Source: the human T2T-CHM13v2.0 reference genome, Homo sapiens
Assembly (NCBI RefSeq): GCF_009914755.1
Contig: NC_060929.1
Length of the DNA: 64,000 nt
Strand: one strand, 5' to 3'
The notes beneath the pieces were generated by a model. The model searched no databases. It saw only the letters and a list, made by a program, of their open reading frames with translations, and had not been told where the DNA came from. The translations under genes and the position numbers were made by a program. Below, one piece after another: positions 18,116-33,235 of this stretch (position 1 is the first letter of the stretch; each line of letters begins with the position of its first letter).

Positions 18116-18411
18116 TTTTTTTTTTTTTTTTGAACAGAGTTCTGCTCTGTCACCCAGGCTGGAGTGCAGTGGTGCTATCTTGGCTCACTACAACCTCCCT
18201 TTCCCAGCTTCAAGCAATTCTCGTGCCTCTGCCTCCCAAGAAGCTGGGATTACAAGTGCCCGCCACCACACCCAGATAATTTTTTGTATTTTTTGTAGAG
18301 ATGGGGTTTTGCCATGTGGACCAGGTGGTTTCAAACTCCTGGCCTCAAGCAACCCATCTGCCTGGCCTCCCAAAGTGCTGGGATTATAGGCATAAGCCAC
18401 TGTGCCTGGCC
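18116..18411 (-). mobile_element. Alu (J/S)
   Basis: Poly-T followed by antisense Alu body. Confidence 0.93.
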
Positions 18412-19265
18412 AAGACCATGATCCTTAGGTCTTGTTCATATGTACTCTCTCTCTCCCAACTCCCCAACCCCTGCCCTGCCCCATCATCCTTCTCCACTGA
18501 TGGTGATGTGGTTATCTGGACTAGAGTTGAGATCTGAGCAAGGGGCTCACTGATAGAAGATGCCCAAGGCCAAAGACACACAATCACTCTGCTGAAAGAA
18601 TGCAGAGCAAGTACACCTGGCCACAGCTATAGTTTTCCAAATAGCTCACTGAACAGCTACAGTTTTTATCTACAATTATTGGACAAAGCACATGTAGGAC
18701 CAGAAAGGAATCCTAATCATACTGGGTGTCAGCACTGGGTGGCTGATTTAGAGATAGCATAACTGTCAGCCCAGTGAGAGCATAATCCTCTCTATCTGTA
18801 AGCAACTCTCTTGGTTGGTACACCATATTTTTTATTTATTCTGTGTACTCTTGGCAAGTCTTACAGCTAACAACTTGCTATCTATATTTAACACATCTTA
18901 CAAATTATGTCTCACATGGTACTTAATTAATCATTAATTATACTTTACACATCCTATGAGTTTTGCCTATATCTCATAAGCTCTTTACTTACTGAGCAAT
19001 GCTTCATACTTCTTATGAGTTGCATCCATCCTTCGTTTGTCTTTTACAGTAGAATTAAATATTCTCAAATACTTCTGCAAATGTACATGACACACTGAGA
19101 CCTCTTTGGAGATTTTTTTGCAAAAAAGGAGGCTATAGATGATGTGGTTTTGAATTAGGAAAGTGGTTGTGGAGATTCAAAAGCTACTCTACAAAGGGAA
19201 ATGAGCAGGAATGATGATAGATTAGACATAGGTGAATATGATGGACACTGTTGACTGGGTGACCA

Positions 19266-19752
19266 TCTATAGCAGACGCATTTGACAGAATAACTTAAGC
19301 ATACTCTGAGAATGACCCTGTATGGCAGATGCACCTGAATGCATGTTTGCAGATCTGTGCTAAGAAATCTGGGAGCAGCCAACTGGGAGATTCATTCCTT
19401 ATCTATAACGAACATCTGAACCCCTGTCCCATCCTGTGGAAGGTGATGAGGGGGATTGAGGCCCTTTATTTTGGGTTAAATGAAGGTTGCCAGGTGGAGG
19501 TTGCTAGTGGCAGGGTTCTACGTGAAAATGCTATATAAACTGCTTGCTTTTTACAAGTCGTTGCAGTTCTCCTGTCCAGCCCACCGCCACCGGGCCATGC
19601 CATTCTTCTGTCCAGCCTGCTGCCACTGGACCATCCCTTTGTGTGAGCTACACTCAATAAACCCCGTGTCTCGTTTGCTGACTCTGGGTCTCTTCTTTGG
19701 CCTCCTGAACCTGATGCCATCCTATTGGAGTTGATAGGAGTCTGGCACAGCA
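19266..19752 (+). mobile_element. Solo LTR47 (variant distinct from the proviral LTRs), nested in an older LTR33/MLT1-like LTR
   Basis: Homologous to 7556-8004 but with GTATGGCAGATGCACCTGAATG; TATATAAA, AATAAA; flanks GACCA/GACCT (4/5 TSD). Confidence 0.85.
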
Positions 19753-20235
19753 GACCTAACATCCATTCCCATTCCCTTTTCCCTTGGCTGTTTCCAGTGT
19801 AGAGACCAGAAAACCTAAATATTCATTTGCAGCATCTCTTGTGGCTGAGGGTGGCCAAAACACATGGCTCTACCCAATGAGATATATGTGAAAGTCTGCT
19901 AGGAGGATTCTATGGCAGCTTTTGCTTTTCTTAATAATGAAATGGACAGATACAGTTGGATCCAGCCCTCTGGTCTTCTTCCTGTCTTAAACAAGAACAT
20001 GAGGCTTTGAACTGTAACAACCATTTTGTTAAGTACCATGAGGCAAGGAGCCACTGTGCTAAGAACGGCAGCATGCAAGTATAGGAAGAGCCTGGGACTT
20101 GATGACATCTTTGAGCTGCTGCTTCAGCCCTGGACTGCCAGCCTCCAGGACTATCGTTATGGAAGAAGAATGAACCCCTGTTGTTGAACCATCATGAGCC
20201 AGATTTTCTGCTACTCGTAGCCAAATATACCCTAA
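19753..20235 (+). mobile_element. Old ERVL/MaLR LTR (LTR33/MLT1J-K-like)
   Basis: CATCCATTCCC...CCAATGAGAT...GAAGAGCCTGGGACTTGATGACATC...TGCTACTCGTAGCCAAA. Confidence 0.6.
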
Positions 20236-21674
20236 ATTCTCAGTGAAAAAGCAGTGGAGACAGGATAAATTAATCAAATGGCCAGACCTCATTGCAAAAG
20301 GCACTGGGAAATAAAGCTTTTATTTTAGTTGGTCATGCACCCAACTAAAAATTAGAAGGTCTCTTACTAATATAAAAGGACAACTAGCAATGTAATCCGT
20401 AGGAAGATGCAAGCTGCACAGAAATACAAAGTCAACTTTCCTGTCTTCTCTGGCTCTCTAGTGTCCCACAATTGCAAATCAATTCAGAATGATTAAACTA
20501 GAGCCTTAGAGATGATGTAGGGTGGAGGGGAGTGTGAGGCTTAACATTTTTAAAAGCTCCTCAGATGATTCTGAAAGAGCAGCCAGAACTGAGAACTTCT
20601 GCTTTTAATAAATATACCTATTTTGGCATACACATGTGCTCAATCCTTCTCTCTAAACTTTATGTAATGTTGAGCTTAGTTATCTGCATCTGAACAGAGA
20701 TGGGGACACCAGAACATTAGGCATGTACAGATACCTATTTCTGCTGTAGACTCACTGTATTGCTATGAATCTGGGATGCAAAGTGCAGGCTGTGCTTTCT
20801 AAAGCATCAAGATAGTCTATTGAGTGACATATTGTCATTCTGCTACATTTTTCTGTCAACAGCTGCAAGTGTCACCAAAATTTTCATCTACATGGCAAAG
20901 AGAAAATAATCCCACTGCTCTCTTTTTCTGTCTGCAAATTTTTCTATAGAATCCCTTTTTAAGTTGAGCCTTTTTCTCACCCCAGAGTGAAAACATTTCT
21001 GGACATGCTTTCAGTAAAGTTCTTTTCTTGTATCTCAATTCAGCCTTACCTTTGCAGTGATCATACATTTCTGGCAACAGCTCGGGTATGCAAAAATGTA
21101 AAAATCTCTATTTTTCATGACTAAGTTCTATCATATCTTGAGCCCCCGTTGTACTTGATGCAATAACTGGAAGCAAGTCAATTCCCAGTAAACTCTGCTC
21201 AGTCAGGGTTTTTCTCCCTCCCCACTTGCCCTGGGAGGTGGGGAGAGACTGATAGAACATCTGGACATGGAGGGGGCTCATCTGGTCCTGGGCTGTCATC
21301 TGTCCATGCTGGCATCCTCTGTCGTGTCCTTGTTCCCAGGAGTCACCAATTGTCAGCATCTATCCCTGCTGGCATCTACGAAGGCAACTGAGTTCCCATC
21401 TGGCCTTTGATGCAAGGACAGTGCTGACATCTGCTCTTGGGCCACCCCTTCCCAATACGAAGCATCTCCTAATCTGCCAGACCTCTCTGTGATACTTCTG
21501 TGCCATCTTGAACAAGGGGGGATGCGCTCCTGGCCACTCTAGGTTATAGGAGACTCACAGAATTCTCTTATGCCCTTTCCACCCTCATCTGCCACGCTAA
21601 GATGCTTCTTCTTGACTCTCACACTAGAGCAAAGAGACTCTCAGACATTCAGCACTTTTCTGGGACCCTTTAGG

Positions 21675-22168
21675 AGAAAAGGCAGACCCTGTGTTCCCTG
21701 AGTTTTCTCTTGCCCCGGTCCCCCATCCCCATCAGGCCAGAAAAGAGCCAGCTCGGGCCTCCCCTTAGAGACTCATAGCAGCGTCTCCCCTCTTCTCCAT
21801 AATTCCCAGCCACAGCATCTTTATCTAGTCAGGGAAGCAGGAAAAACGCAGTTTCTATGACTGGGAACGGAGTAGGGGCAAAAATATGAATCCTTTAATG
21901 TACAGTAATTAAAGTAATGAGTATATCAAATCTATTTATCATTCATACTTCAAAAATATCCTACCACAGCCATAAAGAAGAATAAGATCATGTCTGTTGC
22001 AGCAGCATGGATGCAGCTGGAGGCCATAATCCTACTCAATTAACACAGAAACAGAAAACCAAATACCGCATGTTCTCACTTATAAATGGGAGCTAAACGT
22101 TGGGTACTCATGGACATAAATATGGCAACGATAGACACTGTGGACTAACAGAGGACGAAAGGGGATGT
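21675..22168 (+). repeat. Copy 1 of a ~490-bp local duplication
   Basis: Collinear high identity with 22899-23390. Confidence 0.95.
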
Positions 22169-22312
22169 GGGCTGAAAAACTAACTGCTGAGTACTCTGCC
22201 CACTTCCTGGGTGATGGGTTCAATCACACCCCAAATCTCAGCATCACACAACATACCCTTGTATGCACATGTACCTCCGAATCTAAAATAAAAGTTGAAA
22301 ATATTTTTTAAA
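21962..22312 (+). mobile_element. 5'-truncated L1 (L1PB/L1MA-type 3' end)
   Basis: CAGCCATAAAGAAGAATAAGATCATGTC..TGCAGCTGGAGGCCAT..TCTAAAATAAAAGTTGAAAA. Confidence 0.85.
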
Positions 22313-22898
22313 AATTCTACTGCACCTCCTTGTCAACCTGGAAAATACATCTCCAAATTGCTCATTATTATCAGGGCTAGAAAAATTGCATGAAAAACTG
22401 GGCACAATAAAACAGACCTTTTCTTCTAATAGTAGGAATGTCAGTGCTAATTTTTTATATCACCTTTTCTACATTTTTCAAATTTCCACTGTGAAGTTTT
22501 TTGTTGTTTCTATAACAAAAACTACTGCCGAATGCCCACAAATCTCTGCTGAAAAAGAAAAGTCATAAGAGAAAAGATTGATGAATCTGACCATATAATA
22601 ATATAAAATCTAAATAAATTTAAAAATATCATAAACAAAATAAAAAGACAAATGACAAAGAAAAAATCTTTCACATCTTTCACACAGGTGACAGAAGAAG
22701 TACTTATGAAAAAGATCGAAACAATAGAAGTATAGACAAACTATATAAATAGCCTATTAACAAAAAAAGCAAATTGCCAAAGATATAAGAATCTTACTCA
22801 AAATTACAGAAATGCACATTAAAACAAAGCTGAGATACCATTTTCATGTATATTTGTGAAATGAAAATTTTATACAACTTAGTATTTAGTGAGGGTAC

Positions 22899-23390
22899 AG
22901 AAAAGGCAGATCCTGTGTTCCCTGAGTTTTCTCTTGCCCCAATCCCCCATCCCCATCAGGCCAGAAAGAGGCTGGCTCAGGGCCGCCCCTTAGAGACCCA
23001 TAGCAGCGTCTCCCCTCTTCCCCATCATTCCCAGCCACAGCATCTTTATCTAATCAGGGAAGCAGGAAAAATGCTGTTTCTATGGCTGGGAACACAGTAG
23101 GGGCAAAAATATGAATCCTTTAACATACAGTAATTAAATTAATGAATATATCAAATCTATCATTCATACTTCAAAAATATCCTACCACAGCCATAAAGAA
23201 GAATAAGATCATGTCCTTTGCAGCAGCATGGATGCAGCTGGAGGCCATAATCCTACTGAATTAACACAGAAACAGATAAACCAAATACCACATGTTCTCA
23301 CTTATAAGTGGGAGCTAAACGTTGGGTACTCATGGACATAAAGATGGCAATGATAGACACTGTGGACTAACAGAGGGGGAAAGGGGATGT
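22899..23390 (+). repeat. Copy 2 of a ~490-bp local duplication, inside an old L1M
   Basis: Collinear high identity with 21675-22168; old L1 sequence resumes on both sides. Confidence 0.95.
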
Positions 23391-24024
23391 ATGTACATGC
23401 AGGGAAAAGGTATTATAATGCTGGTGAGTATATAATTTAGTAACTTTTTTGGATAAATTTGGTAAATCGGCCAAAACTAAAAAAGTGTAATTCTAGGAGC
23501 CCCTTGCAAAAGTGAACCAACTGAACAAGGATGTGAGCCAGGTTAATCATGGCAGTAGTGTCTACAACAACAACAGCAAAAAGTGGAGACAACTTAAATG
23601 ACCATCAAAAGGAGATAGGTTACATAAGTTATAAATTATAGTAAATTAATATAATTAAATATCATGTAACAATTTAAAACAAACATGAAGTGATGTGTTA
23701 TATTCTAACATGGAAAATTCTCCAAGACATATTATTAACTGAGAAAATCATGTGTAGGGCAGTGTGACAAGTATAACGGTCCTTTCCATGTAAATAAACA
23801 ACTATATTATACAGATATTGGTACTCATTAATTCACAGAAAATATTTCCTGGGAGTAAGCAGAAAATTGTTCATTTCTCTATAGTTCTGATTTTCTAACC
23901 AAGTCCATGTTTACTTTTTATTATTTTTAATATCAGCCACAATTATCTGCCTATGGAATTACAGAAAATTCTTTTTTCATGTAGAATTAATTTTAAAATC
24001 AGTATTAACAAAAAATAAATAAGA

Positions 24025-24590
<566 letters not shown>

Positions 24591-24818
24591 TGTGGATTTG
24601 CTCCACATGCTCAATGCAAAATGTCATTTGCAGGTTCAGGTCCAGTCATGGACCCCAAGTGAAGCACCCTCCTCCAGGTACGGATGAAGCAAAACCAACA
24701 GAGAGCCATGTATTTGGATTGGGCTATATTGAGTCACCATAAAAATGTATTTCCTGAGCTTTATTTAGGGTGATGTTAATCTTGGTTCAGGATCACTGTT
24801 ATGAACATCCCTATGAAT

Positions 24819-25119
24819 GGCTGGAAAGCAGTGGCTCACACCTGTAATCCCAACACTCTGAGAGGCCAAGGACGGAGCCCATGAGTTTGAAACCAGCCTG
24901 AGAAACATAGGGAGACGCTATCTCTAAAAAAAAAAAAATTAAAATAACACACAAAAAAACAGGTATAGTGGTATGCACCTGTGGTTCCAGATACTTGGGA
25001 GGCTGAGGTGGGAGGATTGCTGGGGCCTAGGAGGTTGAGGCCGTGCTGAGCAGTGATCATACCACTTCACTCCAGCCTTAGTGACAGAGGGAGACCCTGA
25101 CTCAAAAAACAAACAAAAA
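24819..25119 (+). mobile_element. AluJ
   Basis: Diverged Alu; TSD CATCCCTATGAAT. Confidence 0.9.
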
Positions 25120-25672
25120 GCATCCCTATGAATCTTCTGTTTTAGCTGAAAATGGATATTTTTTATTACTTTTATCACAGACTCTTCATAGAGAACCTTT
25201 ATAAAGAAAGTAGCATAGACAGAATTGTGCTTCTACTGATTAATTTGTCACTGGAATATCCAGCATTTACTGAGCCCTTGCTACACATTGTACACAGCTT
25301 TAAGTTCTTTACATTGATAACCTTCCTTAATCCTCAAAACTTAGTGAGGTAGGTACCATGATTATTCCCATTTTACAGGTGGGGAAATGGAGAGTAATTG
25401 CTTACAGGACTGAGTCCATAAATGGTGGAACAGACCCTGAAGCCTAGGTTCTAAATCTCTACAGTACCTTATAGATCCTGTGAGTTATAGACCCCACCAG
25501 GTTTCCTTTTGGAAATGGCTGCTGGGAAGCCTGACTCAGTGAAAAGTATCTAACTGTGGTATAGTCTTACAATATTCTCATTCCTGGATATACTGTATAT
25601 CCCTACATTTGTGTTCCTTATTCTTCTTTTCAATATCCTAATTTAATCTCCTTTCCATATTTATTTATCCAG

Positions 25673-25966
25673 GTGAGCTGCCACACAGCCTTTGCAGAAG
25701 ATGGCATTGTATGCACCTCCTCCGATCCTCATGGCCTTGCCAGCCTCTCGGATGTTGGCAGCTTCCTCTGCCTATGTCACTACTGTGATGATGGCTCTGT
25801 GCAGGTCCATGCAGACCGCAGCCTAACATCCACACTTCATGTCGTTAACTCCTCTCACTGTTTTTGCATTCAGAGGAAGTGGCAAAGGGACCCCATGATG
25901 CAACCAGGAAATGTGGGACAGTTATCCTTTAACCAATGGGCAAGAGGGATGGCAGGAAGACACCAG
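25673..25966 (+). other. Candidate 294-nt exon with composite acceptor/donor (CAG|GTGAG) at its 5' end
   Basis: Branch-like CCTAAT ~25637, pyrimidine-rich tract, CAG ending 25672 followed by GTGAGC; downstream CAG|GTAAGT at 25966/25967. Confidence 0.45.
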
Positions 25967-26238
25967 GTAAGTATTCTCTCTGTTTCTATGTTCAGTAGAA
26001 AGTTCCAAGGCACAGGTTTTCTGAACAGACTCCCTGGAGATCAGCCATGTGGCCAAGCTATTCACTGTGTCTCTTCAAATCTTGTAAAGAAGTAGCCCAC
26101 TTGGTATTTGCTTCTTACCCTTCCCTGTTTTAATTCTCCTTTCCTCACTTTCACTGCCCTGGGATTACACCTCCCAATAAAGCATTTCCTCTCAACCTTG
26201 CCGTAGACACTTGGGTTCTAGAAAACCAAATTAAGGCT
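25690..26238 (+). mobile_element. Old ERVL LTR (LTR16-like)
   Basis: TAACCAATGGG..GGGATTACACCTCCCAATAAAGCA..GGTTCTAGAAAACCAAATTAAGGC end. Confidence 0.55.
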
Positions 26239-28137
26239 GTATGGTACAAATTAATTAATCTTAAAAATAAACTGGCCAGGTTGTAACTATTATACTATTG
26301 TAGTGGGGTGGCTGTGGCAGTGCTATGACAGCGATACCAGAATTTTTAATTGTAGTTACCAACCTAGTACAATTTTAAAACTTGTGTCATTTTTGTCATT
26401 ACCACAATCACCTTTCCCCCTGGATAATATAATGGGTTACTAAGAGAATGTAAAACCACAGAACGATGTCTTCCTCTGAGCAAATCCTCAGTAAATATTT
26501 GGTAGATGAATAGATAGATAGATAGATGATCTGGATAAGGGATACTGAATGGATTGATAAATTTTGTGGGTTTTTAATGATGAAGAGTAAACTTCCTCTG
26601 TCTCTTCCATCTGGATCCCTGCTTGTTCAGACCACAATCTTAGTAACCAGCAAAGACAAAGCTCAGTGAAGGAGATAGATTGCCATGAAACTAATGTTCC
26701 ATATTCTCATCTTCTCTAGTCTCCAACCTTTTGGCTCTGCACCATTACTCCTAATCCCTGCCTCAGGCTTTCATTGCTTTCTCACCCAATCATAACTGCT
26801 TAGCTAGCTTTAACTCTTGGCCCTTTATATCTATTATATGCCTGGCTCTCTGGCTTGGTCCCTTCACTGTTGCGGATATAGATTGTTTTTTACTTTCTAT
26901 TAACCCCAGACCACTAGGACCCAAGCCTCCCCACCAGAGGGAAATCTGTTAGTACATGAGTTCTCCAGTTCTGCCCTTGAAACTCATGTGCAGTATTTTC
27001 CCAGGTGCATCGCCCAGCACCACAGTCCCTGGAGGAATGGGGCATTGCTGTGAATGGTGGATCAATTTCTTTTTTGCCCAACATCTGCCACTGCCCAATC
27101 AGAAGCAGCGTATTTGCTCTACTTTTGAAGTAGTACAAAGAGAGAGAAAGAATGTTGGTGGCAGATTGTCCTCAGAAGAATCTGGGAGTAGAGCAAGAAA
27201 AGTCTATTTTTTGTGCACATATTTCTTTTTATTGTAGTATGAAAATATCTTTCTACATAGATTTTTCTTATTTATTTCCCCTCTTGCATCAGTTAGGGAA
27301 TAAGTTCAGCTGCAAATAGTAAAACCCCAAAGAACAGTGACTTACATAATTCACCTTAGAGGGAGTTCACTTCCCCACATTTCCTGGTTGCATCATGGGG
27401 TTCCTTTGGCACTTCATCTGAATTCAGAAATGGTGGAGGGAGGTGGAGACATGAGGTGTGTACCTCAGGCTGCAGTCTGCATGGACCTACACAGAACCAT
27501 CATCACAGCAGTGACAGAGGCAGAGCAATTTTATTTTTCTCAATGAGTAATGAGAAATCTGGAGGGAGACAGTTGGCAGAAGTGAATTCATTGTTCAAGG
27601 ATGTCAAGGCCAAAGTGTTTATGATTCTCATGGTCTGTCCTTCATCGTCACTGCATATTCTATCTTTACTATAGTGTCTACATTGCAGGCAGGAAAAAAA
27701 CAGAAAGGGCAAAGTACAAAAGGGCACATGTCAGCTCAGTCCTTAGAGCTCCCCCCAGTGTCTTCTGATTGCATCCTGCTGGGTAGTGTAAGTCACAGGG
27801 CCGTCCCTATCTTCAAAGGAAGGGTATGTAGTTATGCATCTATGCACATGCCTAACCCCCTCCCCACCCCATCAGAAAATTAGAGTTGTACAAAAAAAAA
27901 AAAAAAAAAGGAAGTAGAGACTGATATTGATTGGACAGGCAAGGAGCAGTGTCAGTTTCTGAAACTGGGCAAGGAAACAAAGGATGCTAAGAGCATCCAA
28001 GAAAATCTGAAAGTATGGCTATGAGGAAATGTGTTTATTGCATAAACATTTATTTTTATTGTCAGGAACAGATGTCTTCCCATATAGCTTTCTTTACTGA
28101 TTTCTGCTAACATAGTGATATAAAATTAGTTGATCCC

Positions 28138-28692
<555 letters not shown>

Positions 28693-29125
28693 TTTTCCTA
28701 GATAGAATAGTTAAAGAAGGCTTTTGTTAGAAGATGAGATTCCATGTGAGACTTACAGGGTAAAAAGGAGCTGGCCATGGGAAGAGACTGGAAAAATAAA
28801 AGAAGAAATGGGATCTGCAGAGGCCCTGAGACCTTTGAAAAACTAAAAGACCAGTGTAGCTGGAGTGAGGTGAAAAAGCAGGAACAAGGCAAAGTAAATC
28901 TTGAGGGATGAACTGGCGTACAGTTATGCAGGGTTTTAGTGACAATGCAAAGAGTTTGGGATTTTATTCTCAAAGCAATGGTAAGCCACTGAAACTAATG
29001 ACATGATCCCATTTCTGTTTTATAAAGATCACATTGACCATTAAGCTAGGTGTATCTTAAATGTGAAAAGAGAAGAATAGGAAAACTAATTAGGACATTC
29101 CCATAGTAATCTACTTAAGAAAGTT

Positions 29126-29432
<307 letters not shown>

Positions 29433-29795
29433 TCATATAAAAGATCTCCCATAAATCAGTAAGAAAAAGACCAAACACCTAATGATAAAATGGACAAAGT
29501 ATATAAGGGATTGATTACAGAAAAGGCTGTTAAAATGGAAAAATATGCTTAATCTCACAATAAAAGAAAAATAAAATCATACTGGGATAATAATTTTTTG
29601 CCTATCAGATTGCCAATGATTGATAAGTTTTATATATATTTCAGTGGCAACACTCTGGGAAATAGGCACCGCCCTCAGGTATTCCCAGGAGTAGTATAAG
29701 TCAATGCAACGCTGTGGAGGGTAATTGGCACTACAATCAAGATTAACATATTCATACAGTATGACTTAGCAATGCTACTTCCAATTGTTCTTAAC

Positions 29796-30590
29796 GTTGA
29801 CTGAAAAACACAAGATCTATAAATTTGGAAACGAGAGTTCTATTTCTTATAGAAGTTACAGCCTGCAGGCTGAGAAGTATAGCTTCCAGTAGGAACCAAA
29901 AGCAGGCACTTCAAAGGAGGAAAGGTGAGACAGGAATTTATGCTGAATAGGTTGGCTAACTATACATATTCAACAAATTATAGGAGAAGCTATGAATATT
30001 CACGAAGGGGTGCTACACACATGCGTAGTAAGCAAATATGCATGTTATATATGTTTTATGTTCACTTTGGAGTGGAGACTTTTCTTTTAATTGCTCTGTC
30101 ACCTAGGCTGGAGTACAGTGGCGTGAGCACAGCTCGTTGCAGCCTCAACCTCCCAAGCTCAAGTGATCCTCCCACCTTAGCCTCCTGAGTAGCTGGGACC
30201 ACAGGTGTGCACCAGCATACCTGGCTACTTCTTTTTTTAAATTTTTTGAAAAGACAGTCTTGCCGTGTTGCCCAGGCTGGTCTTGAACTCCTGGGCTCAA
30301 GTGACCCTCCCTCCTCAGCCTCCCAAATTGCTGGGATTATAGGTATGACCCACCACAATAGCTAAACTCAACATTTAAAAGTAATAAAATTAGGCCATAT
30401 GTCAAAAGATAAAACAGAGGACACAGAGGTGCTCCATATGCAGCTTCCATGGACCAGCCAGAACCAATCTATGTTCAGTGATCTTTTATCAGGACGAAAT
30501 GCTGGTCAGTTGTTATGCCAAAACTGCAAAAAAGGAATGGGAGTCCAGTTCCAGTGTCAGTTAGGTGGTTGAAATCAGTGGTGGCTGCTT
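29796..30590 (-). mobile_element. ERV1 MER4-group LTR (MER66/MER83-like) interrupted by AluJ (~30080-30363, minus)
   Basis: TATGAATATTCA and CATGCGTAGTAAGCAAATATGCATG motifs; embedded antisense Alu. Confidence 0.55.
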
Positions 30591-30599
30591 TACAAGCTC

Positions 30600-33035
<2,436 letters not shown>

Positions 33036-33235
33036 AATACTGGCAGCCTGGGGACCCTGGAATTGCTACTGGTATCTGAGTGGGACAGTCCTGTGAGACT
33101 GAACCCTTAACCTGTGGAGTCTGCACTAACTGTAGATGTTAGTGTCAAAACGGAATTGAATTATTGAACATCCAGTTAGTGTAGAAATTGGAGAATTTGG
33201 GTGAAAAAATAGCATGTATTTGGTGCCAGGAAAAA
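33036..33235 (+). mobile_element. MER21-like LTR fragment
   Basis: GGACAGTCCTGTGAGACTGAACCCTTAACCTGTGGAGTCTGCACTAACT. Confidence 0.7.

Noticed and set aside
26510-26530. (TAGA)n microsatellite
   Set aside because: Only ~4 units, probably the tail of an L2 remnant
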